Notes: generated from the sequence alone by a model not told the origin. Numbered from the stretch's first letter, positions 12,455 through 26,030 are shown. The stretch is 64,000 nucleotides of DNA from Octopus vulgaris (GCA_951406725.2 OX597817.1:136710001-136774000), one strand, 5' to 3'. A program made the numbers and translations.

Positions 12455-13204
12455 CACGCACGCACACACACACACACACATATCAAAATATGAAATTATT
12501 TATGAGATATTAAGTTCCACCATCTTAATTATGTTTCATTAACATAAGGTGATAATTAATTACATTAAGTAAATTACATAACACCCACCATCAAATCATC
12601 AGAAACTTGTAGCTTTTATACATAACACTATAGGCTTGAAAAAGATGGTGGAATTCCTCGTCATGGAGTCAGTCGTTTTTAAAGCATCTGTAAGTTGTTT
12701 TAACAAAATATCTTACAAACAATCTCTCATGTTTTGTTTTCAGCATAGATTGTGGGGAACACTCAAACCCAGATTTCTTAACAAAGGATACAATTACAAT
12801 ACACAAACGGAAATACACATGGAGTTATAAATACTGGTTATTTGTTATACAGTTTAATGCTGAAATTGAACCGGATGAATATGTGTATACATATATGTAC
12901 ATATGTGTGTGTGTGTATGTATGTGTGTGTGTGTGTATGTATATATATATATATATATACATATAGATAGATATATATATGCAAATGCATCTAGGTATGG
13001 AGTTTCAGTTTGATTAGACTTAAGCTAATGAATAGACACATTTGACTTTCTCATATACTGACAGCTATTATTTATTTTGTTCATGAAACTTGGAGCAAGT
13101 GAGAAATTCTTGGGAGTTATAAACATCTTCAGAATCACTTATTTCATTCATTTTTGAAGGACAAACAATATATGAGGTAAATATTGGGTACAAATTTTTG
13201 CCCA

Positions 13205-13395
13205 AGGCTAACCCTTCTTGCAGGAAAGGGTTGAGTTGATTACATTGACCTCATTGTTCAACTAGTACTTATTTTATCAACCCCAAAAGGATGAAAGGCA
13301 AAAATCAACCTCAGTAAGATTTGAACTCAGAACAAGACAGATGAAAGGCCACTAAGCATTTTATCTTATGTGCTAACAATTCCTTGTTTCCATCT
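13205..13395 (-). mobile_element. SINE family C
   Basis: gtacttattttatcaaccccaaaaggatgaaaggc...tttgaactcagaac; reverse complement of the 8-215 family. Confidence 0.75.
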
Positions 13396-14221
13396 AACTA
13401 TGACTTATCTTTTTACCATGTCTTGTATTTTAATTTCTTATCACCTCAACAATCTTCAGTTAGGAATCCTCAGCTTTCATCTGCCACTTTCTGCAAACTT
13501 CAACACGGATAATATGTAAAGGTTTTCTGGAAAATTAAACTCAAATTTGAGAAAAAAAAAAAAAAAGCTAGCAGAATGGGATGGCTTTTTAATGTAAGTT
13601 TTATTATCTTGGTTTGACACCCCCACACAATTAAGAAGTATAAATTAGTTTAAGGGTTATTGATATATGTGAGAAGGCTGGTGGTGTGTTGTAGAAGTAT
13701 GTAGAGATTGTTCTCTCTGTACACAAGTTGGTTACTGGCACGAGATTGCTATTTTAAACTGGGCTGCCTTTGTCATTATTGTACATTGAAGTCAGATGTC
13801 ACGGCTACATGTACCAGGCAGGAAACATGTTCAGCTGAGGCAATTTTAGAAGCAGGTTTGACCTGTTCTGCTTGATACACCTTACTTTGGCGTTAATGAA
13901 AATAAGCAGTCCAATAGCAGTCACATATACACAAATAAATAGATTCACATATATACACATATATACACATATACATGCATGCACATGTACACACTCACAA
14001 GCACCCCACTCTCTCTATATCTGGTGGCTTCAATGCACCTTTATCTTTTACGAGTATCTTGAGAAATTTTGCAATTGTTAAATCTATGTACGTAAATTAT
14101 TTGTGAGATTAATTTTTATGTGTATGAACGTGTGTGTATGTATGTATGTATGTATATATATATGTGTATATATATATATATAAATATATATCTTTCTCTC
14201 GATCTCTCTCTATATATTTTT

Positions 14222-14420
14222 TTATTTGTTTCAGTCATTTGACTGTGGCCATGCTGGAGTACAATTTAGTCGAACAATTCAACCCCAGGACTTATTCTTT
14301 GTAAGCTTGGTACTTATTCTATCAGTCTCTTTTGCTGCACTGCTAAGTTATGAGGATTTAACTACACCGACATTAGTTGTCAAGTGACGGTGGCAGGGAA
14401 AAATAAAGACACACACACAC
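14222..14420 (-). mobile_element. SINE family A, 3' half
   Basis: gtttcagtcatttgactgtggccatgctggag...ccccaggacttattctttgtaagc. Confidence 0.85.
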
Positions 14421-14434
14421 ACATATATATATAT

Positions 14435-16241
14435 GAGAGGTTTCTTTCGGTCCGTCAGGCCCCTCTTGTTGCTTCTATATGTGTTGACTCTCAAGCCACT
14501 ACTGCAGAAGCTGGTGACTCTGAGGGGCATCCCGATAGAATTGGGATGCGGGACGAGCATATCTGCATACGCAGACGACATCACTGTCATAGTGTCTCGC
14601 CAGAAGCACATCGATCTGGTCAGCAAAACACTGAAAGACCACGAAGCGGTAACAGAAGCGAAAATCAACCGGGAGAAATTGGTGGGCTTGCGGCTCGGCA
14701 CCTGGAAAAGCAAGCCCATTCTGTCGTGGGACGCTGGACCGAAGGTCTGGTTGAGTTGCTCAGGGTCTGGTTTTGTCTGGACCTCCAAATGGAGAAGAAC
14801 TAGGACAAGATAATGAGGAGAGTGGTCACTCTCGCCAGGCAATGGGCCGAGAGGAAGCTGTCCCTAAAAGATCGGGTGGAGGTGGTGAACACGTACATCG
14901 CGTCCGTCATCTACTACCCCCTAGCCGTTGTGCCTTGTCCCGACACTACCATCACCAAACTAGAATGCATTCTCTGCCGCTTCTTGTGGAAAGGATGCAT
15001 TCCGATGGTCAGGTAATCCATTTGCTGTTAACACCCATTAAAAGGAGGGCTGGGCATGCCGTGGTTGATGATTTGCAGATATGCGCTGAGACTACGACAT
15101 CTCCGGCTCTACATAGACGACGGTGAACAGGTCTGGTCGCCGTTTGTAAGGCACGCTTTCCCGCAGCTTGTCTCCATGACTGAACTGCAGTCGTGGATCA
15201 AAAACAGAGGCCGAGGAAGGGCGAATGGCACCGTGAGTGTCACGTTGCTCTCAAGCAACTATGCCATCCCAGGTTGGCCTTGAGCGACTTCAACACAACC
15301 AAAGCACTCGATAGGGGATTAGTGGAGGGAAGGTATGATGATCTCAGAGCGAACCTGGGCGTTGACAAGGAATACCTGACCCACCTGTTCAAGACAACTT
15401 TCAGGCCGGGACCTATGGACAACTTCCAGAGATTCCTGGCCTGGCAGTGCTATCGAGAAGCGCTACCCATTCAGGATAAGCTCTACAGACACGGCTCGAG
15501 AAACATGGGGCCAACCTGCCTGAGATGTGGTCAGAGCGACAAAACTGTTCTGCATGTACTCTTGCAGTGTCCAATCATTTTCAACCTGTGGGCTTATGTC
15601 GAATGACTGCTGTCATGTGTGGGACGAGTCGGTTTATCAGCTGAGTCTAACGTCAATATCGTCACGCCTCCTTCATTCAAACGGGAAGGAAGTGCTATTT
15701 TCATCATACTTGTGGCTATGGCAAAAGAACGTATCTGGTGGACGCGCCTGAAAGGATTAGAGACAAACACTTTCCTCTCTGGTCAATCTCTCAACAACTT
15801 CTTCAAGTATCACTTGAAAAGGAAAGTGAGAGAGGCAAGTTTTGTCTAGCGAATGTTTTAAAAAAAGATGTGCGAATGTAGCAAGGATGGCATGTATGAA
15901 TGATGAAGCCACCTTGTGCATAATCCTATGAACCTGGAAAAATTTAAAACAGAGTTATTTGCTTGCAAATAAGTGTGTTAACATGTGACATTATTGACCG
16001 AGGTTACTGTGGTCTTTTCCGTAGGCTTTTCTTTCCACGGATAAATCTTATCTGTTTCCCCCTTTACACTTTACATCATAACGTTTCTGTGATACACGAT
16101 CCCTATTGATTGTTTTTTTTTTTACAATCCCTTTTGATCGAAAACCTAACCCCATTTTTTTTCTTTTTTTTCTCCCCAGAAAGAAAACCTATTTTGTAAT
16201 TTGTCCCCTCTGTGTTCAGCCCTGTGTGGCTAATAAAGAAA
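14435..16241 (+). mobile_element. 5'-truncated Tx1/L1-clade LINE (pseudogenised ORF2: RT and zf-RVT) with 3'UTR
   Basis: RSVR..LLYVLTLKPLL, SAYADDITV, KINREK, RFLWKG, GGLGMP, LAWQCYREALP...CLRCGQSDKTVLHVLLQC; stops and frameshifts; AATAAA at 16232; flanked by microsatellites. Confidence 0.92.
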
Positions 16242-16349
16242 CATATCTATCTGTCTATTTATCTATCTATCTCACATGCTCTCCCTTTCTCACACAGACA
16301 CACACTCTCTCTCTCTCTCACACACACACACACAGACACTCTCTCTCTC

Positions 16350-16393
<44 letters not shown>

Positions 16394-16534
16394 GTATATA
16401 AATAATCTGCCTTGAAGGGTTTTTATTATTTGTATTGATTAGATTGACACCAGTCCTTATGTCAGATGTAAAAATAGATAAAGAGAGAAATGCATGTTTG
16501 CACGTGCGCACACACACACACACACACTTGTATT

Positions 16535-16686
16535 TATAATGAGCTTCCATGCAGTTTCCATGTATCAGTTTTGCTCACAATGCATTGGTTGGGCCAAGGC
16601 TGAAGTAGATGACACTTATCCAAAGTGCTGCATGTAGGACCAGAAACTCTGTGGTTGCAAATTAAATTTCTGACCACAGAGCTATG
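16535..16686 (-). mobile_element. SINE family A, 5' half, diverged
   Basis: cagtttcc...ggccaaggctgaagtagatgacacttatccaaagtgc...accacagagc. Confidence 0.65.
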
Positions 16687-16691
16687 TGTAT

Positions 16692-16880
16692 ATCATCATC
16701 ATCATCAAATGTTCGCTTTCCATGCTGGTATGGGTTGGATGGTTTAACAGGAGCTGGCTGGCCAGAAGACTGCACCAGGCTCCGCTGGATGCCCTTCCCA
16801 ACACCAACCTCATTACAGAGTGTACTGGGTGCTTTTTACATGACACCAGCATTAGTGAAGTATCCAAGTAACTTGCAAGA
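16692..16880 (-). mobile_element. Family B element
   Basis: (CAT)n tail, ccatgctggtatgggttggatgg, ctggatgcccttcc. Confidence 0.8.
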
Positions 16881-16929
16881 TAAAGATTCCTTACTGGGAG
16901 GGGGAGTAGTACTGATGTAGGTGGCTTTC

Positions 16930-17560
16930 TACCAGTGAAGATGTTGAAGTATAACTGTGGATAAGCTCCAGGCATTCATACCTGCTAGCATTACACATCC
17001 ATCAGGGCAGTCCTTGCTTGTTTGCAAGTCTACTGCATTCAAGATCCATATCTCACTATCATGCAACATGTCCAGTTTATCACATTCCGAGGGGAAAAGA
17101 CCCTTCATTGCCAGCAAAGGTAGTTGCTCCTTGATTTTCTCCAACCCTCTCTTACACACTGCTTAGTATACTTTATGAACAACTGCCTTTCTTTGTAATT
17201 AAGTCTTCCTAAGTAACAGAAGTTGTTGATAACTCCCAGTGAGCCAGTCAGGCATTTATGTGAGTCCGTTTCTCACTTGCTCTTAGTTGTACTCTTATTG
17301 CTCCTTTGCCTCTGCCACATATGAAATATATCTTCTCTGTTCGTCTGACTGTAACCCCACAAAATCTCTTGAGTGTCCATAGTTTAAACCAGGTACAGCA
17401 TATAGAGTGCCTGCCTCCTTCTTTTCTGCATATCAAATATGGCCTAACACTATTGACACTTCTAGAGTCCTGTCTTCTTTCCTACTAACACCCTTGTCTT
17501 TCTGAATTTTATCTTAAGACTTCTCAGTTCCAAATTTTGCTCCTCTGCCTGGAATCTCCT
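16930..17560 (-). mobile_element. RTE-clade LINE relic (RT C-terminal part with Cys-rich insert)
   Basis: ICRKEGGRHSICCTWFKLWTLKRFCG...FICGR and EQLPLLAMKGL...MLHDSEIWILN resemble RTE motifs (CxxCRKGVGxNSI, MLHGSETW). Confidence 0.75.
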
Positions 17561-17624
17561 CTGTAGTACTACTATAAATTCGCCTGTTAGAACATAATTA
17601 CTCTCTAGTCTCCATTATAAGAAG

Positions 17625-17820
17625 GGCCACTGGACCGGACGATGCATTGTGTTCTTGAGTGAAACACTTCATTTCACATTGCTCCAGTCCACTCAGCTGG
17701 CAAATATAAAAGACCCTGCGATGGACTGGGGTCCTATCCAGTTGAAGAATATATACACCATGAAAGCTGAGAAACCGGTCTTTATGAGCCTGGCATGGTT
17801 CAAGAAGGAAACATTTTATT
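17625..17820 (+). mobile_element. SINE with V-domain-like segment (family D)
   Basis: ttgtgttcttgagtgaaacactt...gctccagtccactcagctg...ccctgcgatggactgg. Confidence 0.55.
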
Positions 17821-17924
17821 ATTATCTGCATGTAGCAGTTGCCATGGACAACCAGTCTTAAATTCTTGTGTAATATGATAAGCTTCTAGGAAAAACTCAA
17901 GAGATTAAGACTCTATTCCTTAGA

Positions 17925-18350
17925 GCGTAGGTGAGAAAGACATGCCATAATATACACCTGGAAGATCCTGGAAGGGCTTGTCCCAAACTTTGGCATCAAG
18001 AGTTACACTATTGCATAATGCTTTCAAGATATAGGACAAGATACTGCAACAGCCTAGGCTTGAAAGGCCCACAGCTCTTCAATATCCCTCCGAAGGACCT
18101 GAGAGACCTACATGGGGTGGATGTGGGTGTATTCAAGAGGAAACTGAACCTCTTACTGTCAAGTGTCCCAGATGAACCAACTTCACAGCAGGAAGTGTGG
18201 ATGAGGGCAGCGGCATCAGACTCCCTCATGCACCAAATGTCAATTTTTAAAAAGAATTAGTAAAGTAAAATTATGTAGCAACACCAAATGGTGGTGCCCC
18301 AGCATGGCCACAGCTCATGAGGTGAAACTAAATCAAATCAAATAAAAATA
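17925..18350 (+). mobile_element. CR1/L2-group LINE 3' end
   Basis: NSLGLKGPQLFNIPPKDLRDL...FKRKLNLLLSSVPDEP...RAAASDSL; short 3'UTR and (AAATC)n tail. Confidence 0.8.
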
Positions 18351-18380
18351 TGTGTATATGTATATATATATATATATATA

Positions 18381-19498
18381 CAGGGGTTGAACAAAATAAT
18401 GGAAACATCTTAAAATTTCAAACAAATTTATCTTAACATGGGGGAAGGACCGCCTTTGGCAGTAATTACAGCTTGAATTCTATGCACTTACACAAAGTTT
18501 GAATTGTTTCCAAAGGAATTTTTGTCCATTCTTCAGCTAAAACAATCTCCAGTTCTTGTAGTGATGATGGTGGAGGATATTGACTCCTTACATGTTTTTC
18601 TAAAATGCACCATAAATGTTCGATAACATTGAGATCTGGGGCCTGTGGTGGTCAGATAAGATTTTCAACTTCACTAGAATGTTCCTTGTGCCATTCAGTA
18701 ACAAATTTAGCTTTGTGAATTGGTGCATTATCATCCTGAAATATTGCGTTTCCCTCCAGAAACAGTTCTGCAATCACAGGATGAATTTGATGAGATAGAA
18801 TATTTAAATAGTCTTGACTATTAATCTTTCCATGAAGGGAAACCATTGGGCCAGCAGATTTCCAAGCCCCCACCCGATCATCACAGATCATCAGCCTGGG
18901 TCAGATGCTTCTTTTGGCTGTCTCTACATATATACTCAGCCAGTGGTCGGAAATAAGTTAAAGGATAACTCATCTGAGAAAATAACATTCTTCCACTGCT
19001 CTAGGGACTAATTCTGTAGGTTTTCACTCCACTCTAAATGCTTTGCACCGTTTGTTTTTGAAAGTAGTGGTTTTCTGATTGCAGCCATCCCAAGAAATCC
19101 AGCTTTGTACAGTCCCTATCTGAAAATTTTGGTTTTCTTCCGGTGTTTTCTTTCGAGGAGGTTTTTCATTCTTTCTCAAAGGCTTTCATTACTTTCGAGA
19201 CAGTACTTTTTGATACACCAAACATTTCGGCTGTTTTCGTTATGCTAGCACCTGCCATATGAGCACCAACAATTTGACCTCTTTGAAAGTCTGATAAATC
19301 TGTCATTTTAATGAATTTTAATTACCTTCTTCTGATGATATCTGAAAAGAAACAGCAATTTTTGCAAAACATATTAAACAACACTAACAATAAATCAAAA
19401 AGCATAAAAATAAACAAGCTTTTCATGGTTTTATAGATATTTCAAAATTATGTTGCTATGATGCTGCTAGGTGTTTCCATTATTTTGTCCAACCCCTG
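18381..19498 (-). mobile_element. Tc1 (DDE) DNA transposon, internally decayed
   Basis: 30-bp TIRs caggggttg(a/g)acaaaataatggaaaca(t/c)ct, flanked by TA. Confidence 0.95.
18433..19306 (-). pseudogene. Tc1 transposase pseudogene
   Basis: MTDLSDFQRGQIVGAHMAGAS (HTH)...GRKPK...IFQDDNAPIH...PPQAPDLNVIEHLW...AVITAKGG; stops and deletions. Confidence 0.92.
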
Positions 19499-19775
19499 TA
19501 TATGTGTATATGTATATATATATATATATATGTATCATCATCATCATCGTTTAATGTCCATTATCTATGCTGGCATGGGTTGGACAGTTTGACTGAAGTC
19601 TGGAAAGCCAATATATATAAATAAATGAAAGAATGGAGTCGAACGAAGATGTTAACAAAATTTCTACCCTTGACAGGTCGCTTCAACCGTGTTTTCTGAC
19701 GTGAATTTGCTACCCAGGTTTCGGTTAAACAAATTTTCCATGCTGACGATAAACATAGGATAATTCATTCACATA

Positions 19776-19823
<48 letters not shown>

Positions 19824-19878
19824 GGGAAGCTTTATGAAAATAGACAAAAGACGAAGGCAGGTGGGAAACAAACAAACA

Positions 19879-19881
<3 letters not shown>

Positions 19882-19951
<70 letters not shown>

Positions 19952-20284
19952 CTGTCTGTCTGTGTGTATGTATATGTGTGTGTGTCTGTCTGTGTGTATG
20001 TATATGTGTGTGTGTGTCTGTGTGTATGTATATGTGTGTGTGTCTGTCTGTGTGTATGTATATGTGTGTGTTTCTGTGTGTGTATGTATATGTGTGTATG
20101 TGTATATATATGTGTATATATATGTATATATGTACATATATATGTGTGTATATGTGTATGTATATGTGTGTATGTGTATATATATGTGTATATATATGTA
20201 TATATGTACATATATATGTGTCTATATGTGTGTGTATATATATGTATATATATATATATGTATATATGTGTGTGTATATATATG

Positions 20285-20315
<31 letters not shown>

Positions 20316-20558
20316 ATATATATGTATGTGTGTATGTATATGTGTGTATGTATATGTGTGTGTATGTATATGTGTGTATGTATATGTGTGTATATATATA
20401 TGTGTGTATATATTTATGTATATGTGTGTATATATATATGTGTGTATATATTTATGTATATGTGTGTATATTTATGTATATGTATATATATATGTGTGTG
20501 TGCATGTGTATATATGTATATATGTGTGTATATATCTATATACATGTATGTGAGTATA

Positions 20559-20602
<44 letters not shown>

Positions 20603-20680
20603 AATAAATGTATGCATGTATATAAATATACATAAATGTATTGAATTATATATATGTATATAAATGTGTGTGTGTGCACA
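19882..20680. repeat. Compound (TA)n/(TG)n/(TATG)n microsatellite
   Basis: Visible directly. Confidence 0.95.
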
Positions 20681-21052
20681 TATCCGCCACATGTATAATG
20701 GTTTATGTGACTGTGTTGCACTTATTGAGATTCTGTAATATTCCAGCCTCTACATTGCAGCAGTTTCTTCGTTTATCATCAACACAGATATAATTAGGAA
20801 TGCTAATTATCGTCACTTTGTCCCCTCCCACTGGCAATGGCTTATCAATGCATCCATTGGAATTTTGAATCAACTTTATTGCTTTCTGATTGGCTCCTGT
20901 TTGAATTCTCTTAATCAGAGTTTATTAAATTTAAACTGGTAAATATTTACATGCATGCATGCTTCTATACACATGATGCTATACAGAAATGCATATGCAG
21001 ATAAATGCATACATTCAGACTTTGACAAATGCACACATGTATGTACTCATGT

Positions 21053-21096
<44 letters not shown>

Positions 21097-21690
21097 TTCT
21101 TGAAAATCATAATTATGTTTTACTTTTAACTTTTTTTAAAGTTTTCCTTTTCCATACACTAATCCATCTTCATCATTTCCAAGCTTTTTCAGTCCCATCT
21201 TCAGCTTCTGAAATAGATTTAATTTCTGGATTATTTCTTTTATAATGATCATATTCATGTAGGCTTTACCATAAAATCTCTTTGGACTGTTAGGTTTTCT
21301 AAGTCACTAATTACTTGTTAATTTGTTTTATTGTAGTCAAACTTTTGTAGGCTTTATTTATAAGTTTGAACCATTGGGTTTCCAATCTTTGTTGACTCCT
21401 TGATGTGTCCCTTTGTGTTTATTTTAGCATTGAGTTCTGGTAGAAGTATGGGTCCCATGAAGCAAAGAAGACTTATTCAGGAATATGAAAAATCTATTTT
21501 AAAAAAAAAGCGAGATGCAAAATCATTTTTTAACAAAACATATACAAAAGGAAAACTGTTCGTCATTTGTATGGCTATATATATGTGTATATATATATAT
21601 ATATATGATTTGTGAAAAACATAAAGCCAAAAGAAGAAGCACACTAAGATTTAGAGCAGTATATATTAGAAATGGGGAAGGCTGGTTTAG

Positions 21691-21751
21691 GGGATTACCT
21701 TAGGTTTTCTGTCCATAGAAGGTTTAGCTTTATGGCATATCGTCAGATCCC
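21691..21751 (-). ncRNA. Type-I hammerhead motif
   Basis: Minus strand reads gggat-CTGACGA-tatgccata...tatggaca-GAAA-acctaag-GTA-atccc; perfect 5-bp stem I; one mismatch in stem III. Confidence 0.65.
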
Positions 21752-21769
21752 ATGGGCCAACAGGTTATT

Positions 21770-21830
21770 GGGATCTGACAATACATCATAAAGCTAAACC
21801 CTTTATGGACAGAAATCCTAAGGTAATCCT
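21770..21830 (+). ncRNA. Type-I hammerhead motif (core CTGACAA, decayed)
   Basis: gggat-CTGACAA-...tcataaag/ctttatgg...-GAAA-tcctaag-GTA-atcct. Confidence 0.55.
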
Positions 21831-22747
21831 AAAAACAGACATCTCCATTTTTTTTAATATATATATAGGTTAAATACTTCATTAAGGGATGATAATATCC
21901 AATGAATATACTCGTTTATTACCTATTACAATAAGTATTAAATATTATATTTGATATTCAACTATAAAGTAATTAAATAAACCAGGGTTTATAAATATAT
22001 ATAAATATAAGACTATGGATGACTAAATTACAACAGGCATATAAGCCCATTGTCATTATTATAGTGCATTGTTGTACCATTCAAAACTTTTTATTCTTAT
22101 ATATATATATAAATATTTATATGCAGGAATGTAATATGTATGTATACACATTAAAGTGAGTGTGCATGTATATATTTGTGTGTATAATCTTTAAATAAAA
22201 GGGATGGAAGAGGTTATTGAGTTCTACAATTGTTTCTAAAAGCACATCCAATGTATGCTACAGAATGTTGTAACTACTGTTGTTAAAGCATTGATAATTA
22301 AATTTTATTGATCTACGTTCATTATGCGGGCCGCATTTTTATGCTAGAAACTAACAAACTGTGTTTTACCACAATTACTCAACTGATCCTTCTGCATTAT
22401 CATCATATATATATATAGATATATCATTTGTATAATGTACAGTTATGTATATATATATGTATATATATATATATATATATATGATATATATTTATATATG
22501 TATATGACATATGTATTTATATGACGTATATTTATATGTGTATATGATGTACCTTTATCTGTTATGTATACATATAGATAAAAGGTATATAAATGTTTAT
22601 GTGAAATATATATATCTAATATAAGTATGTATGATAAGATAATTCAACCTAGATTCATCTTCAAAACTGACGGAGATATTTCACTTTGCATATGTTCCTC
22701 AACCGAGAGTGACAAATGAATAAAAAGATGGGTTTTACAAAACTCTT

Positions 22748-23190
22748 TCACTCATTGCTTTGATGGCAAATGACAGAAGGCCTTATCTTAGTGGTTGGTA
22801 AGTTCAACACAGAATTGAGACAGCTACCCAATGGAATCCATGGTGTATATGGATTTAGTCCTAGAAATGAGGAGGCAAGATGGTGCTCAGAGTTCTGTGA
22901 TGCAAATGACCTGATGAGCTGCAACACTAAGTTGAGGCAACCAGTCACCAGATCACGTGTCTACTGGGCACACAGAACCATTGACAATTCCCAACAGAAA
23001 ACTGGTGACTTCAGAGTTTAGAACTAGAGAGACCTGGTGACATAAATCTATTTGGAAAGGAGAAAATATGAGAGATTAAAGATTGATTGAACAGTCAGAA
23101 ATTTAGAAAAAGAGTTTAGGAAGAGGAGGGGGAAGAGATGTATAAAAATGAGTACAAATGGAAGATCTGACACAACAATGTCCTGAGGGT
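22748..23190 (+). mobile_element. RTE-clade LINE relic (AP-endonuclease region)
   Basis: LVVGKFN...GVYGFSPRNEEARWCSEFCDANDLMSCNTKLRQP matches the GDFN...G.RNEEG..LEFC...L..NT.F.K pattern. Confidence 0.75.
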
Positions 23191-23777
23191 GACAGACCAA
23201 ATCTGGGTGTATATATATATATATGTGTGTGTGTGTGCATAAACACATACATATTTATGTTTATGTGTGTGTCTGTGAAAGTGTAAATATATATAAGTAT
23301 ATTTTTCTTATTTTCTTACTGTCCGGCATCCTTGTTTTTAAACTACACATAATGCATAAGCAGAACCTGAACGATTGCTTGAAGATACAGGGCTTATTTT
23401 ATAAACATTTCTGCTCAAGTATCATAAAAGCATGAAACTACTAGAAGATTTCTCGGTTGTGTTTTTAAATTGATATGTATCTGTGTGTGTGTGTGTACTT
23501 TATATGAATGTAATGCAAAATACATATGTATATATAAGTATGTAATATATATGTATATATATGTAATATATGTATATATGTATGTAATATATATGTACAT
23601 ATACATATGTATGTATGATATATATATATATATATATAGATAGATATATGTATGTAATATGTATGTATGTATATAATATATATGTATGCATGTATGTAAT
23701 GTATATGTATATATGTAATATATATATATATATATATATATATGCATAAAATACATATGTAATATATGTAATATATT

Positions 23778-23814
<37 letters not shown>

Positions 23815-24143
23815 CATATGTATGCAATATATATTTATATATATGTAATATATTTGTATATATATATATATATATATGTATGTCATATGTATATATATGT
23901 ATATGTGTGTAATATGTATATAATATCCATCCATATATATGTGTATAATATATATATATATATGTGTGTGTGTGTCTGTGTCTGTGTGTGTTTAATGGAT
24001 ATATGTATTAGCTTTTGTACTACTTTCAGATCAAAAATGCATATATTACTTATAGAGACATATTGAAACTTAAAAACTTATACTTGCACATATACATATT
24101 CATGTGTACCCATGCATATATATTGATATATGTAATTTATGTG

Positions 24144-24190
<47 letters not shown>

Positions 24191-24999
24191 CTAACTTAAT
24201 GTAAGCAGCTAGCCATGTGTGTATATGTGTATATGCATATTCACATACATACATGCATATATGTATAAGTTCACATAAGAGTTTGTGTATGTGTGTGTAT
24301 ACCATGTGATGGTTTGTTACTGCAAAACAATTTGCTTTTATTGCTGTGGCCATCCAGAACGTCTCCATTCCCCACCCTGCTTCTTTATTCAAACTCTTAT
24401 AAAGACGTTCATTGAAACAATGTAGGTGTGGTTTTGTAATTTATGAAATTATTTTACTCACTGAAAAACAATTACAGTGTTGATTCTTAGGATGGATGTG
24501 TATACATACCTGACTCTCTATATAGTAGCTATGATAACACCACTGTGCACATTTGTGTCTATGTATGTATGTGTGTCTGTCTGTCTATCTATCTATCTAT
24601 CTATCTATCTATATATATATATATATATATATATATCCACACTCACACATACACATACACATATGTACACACATACTCAAACAGCCAGATATAATACCGG
24701 TGGAAATGTGATTTATATATGTACTCAGGTGCTTGCTGACAGGATGGGGTGTCAATCCATAACCCCCTCCCCATCCAAAATTATGAACTTAGTTTAGTGT
24801 GTTCATGTAGTTTTGTTGTTTAATTTCTGTTTTTTTTTTCTCTTTCTGATAATAAAAGTTAACTCCTGGCTGTATGCATATGTGTGTGTGTGTGTGTTTA
24901 ATTTGAAGAGTTGGTTGTTATATTTCTTAGTGATTCCATTTACTTTTAGCCATGAATAAACATTTATCCGACTGGCAAGTCCTGTTTTATTCACCAATT

Positions 25000-25780
25000 C
25001 ACAACTTTCCTCCTCATTCATAACTCCTGCTTGCTTTTCCTCATCTCATTTATACCTTGTAAAATGTGAACAAACATCAACAGGACTTCTTATCTCTCTC
25101 TCTCTCTTTCTCTCTCTCTCTCCCTCCCCCCACCTCACTCAGCTCTCCCTCTCTCTACCCCCACCCCCCATGCTTTCATCTCTTCTATTCTTTCATGTAT
25201 TATCTACTTTCTATTGATTCCTGTCTCTTTCTTTTATTATCGCCCCCTCTCCTCGTCTTTTTGTTTTCTATTTCATTAATTTCTTTCCAATAATTTCTCT
25301 AATTCAATAATTTATTATCTTCATTAATTCCATTAAACATTATTAAATACATATTTCAACCGTTTCTCTCTCATTTTCACTTTTAACACTTTCTACATTT
25401 GTTTATTTATTTACTCATTATCTCCACCCTCTTCCTCCCTCCCTCCCCCCTCTCGCTCTCTTTGTTTGTTTTCTTTACTTTTGTGTCTTTGAGAAACCAG
25501 CAAATTGCCACAGATATTCCACATTGTAACTAATTTCCATTCAGAGGTAAGATGCTTTTAACCTAATCTGCTTCTATATTGATGTTAGGGTGGAACACCA
25601 GATTCTTATGGTGCACGTGTCTCAACGATGCCGGTGCCGTAGAGTTCGGTAGAAATGTTACAACAATTATGTTCTCATGCTTCTCCTCTGCTTCGTCTTT
25701 CTCTACATGTGTTCTCATACATACTTACTCAGCCAGGCGTAAACACACACATGTAATGCTATATATATGCACGCGTGTAA
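25000..25780 (+). promoter_or_regulatory. Candidate promoter/first exon with donor after 25546
   Basis: Long CT-rich tract, GAG|GTAAGA donor, then a locally CpG-retaining segment at 25610-25780. Confidence 0.3.
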
Positions 25781-25964
25781 ATATATAATCCCTTACATAA
25801 ACACTTGTCTGTGTGCCAGAGTTGATGTGTATATATTCCTATGAGTATAAAAATGTGTGACGGTTTGCAGTAAATCTCACTGTGTATATATAATATCTGT
25901 GCATGGAATAACATAGTTTTAATTAATATGCATGTGTATAAATATAAGTGTGTATCTATTTATT

Positions 25965-26001
<37 letters not shown>

Positions 26002-26030
26002 GTGTATATATATATATATACATACAAATA

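Larger units (their letters stand above)
21659..21866. mobile_element. Foldback module with divergent hammerhead motifs
   Basis: Inverted arms 21659-21752 and 21769-21866 around a 16-nt spacer. Confidence 0.8.

Noticed and set aside
19690-19770. Hammerhead half-motifs (minus GAAAcctggGTA; plus CTGACGA)
   Set aside because: The two halves lie on opposite strands and no complete fold can be drawn.
22660-22715. Minus-strand TTGAGGA...GAAA...GTC hammerhead-like string
   Set aside because: Stem I does not pair and the core is mutated; too weak to call.
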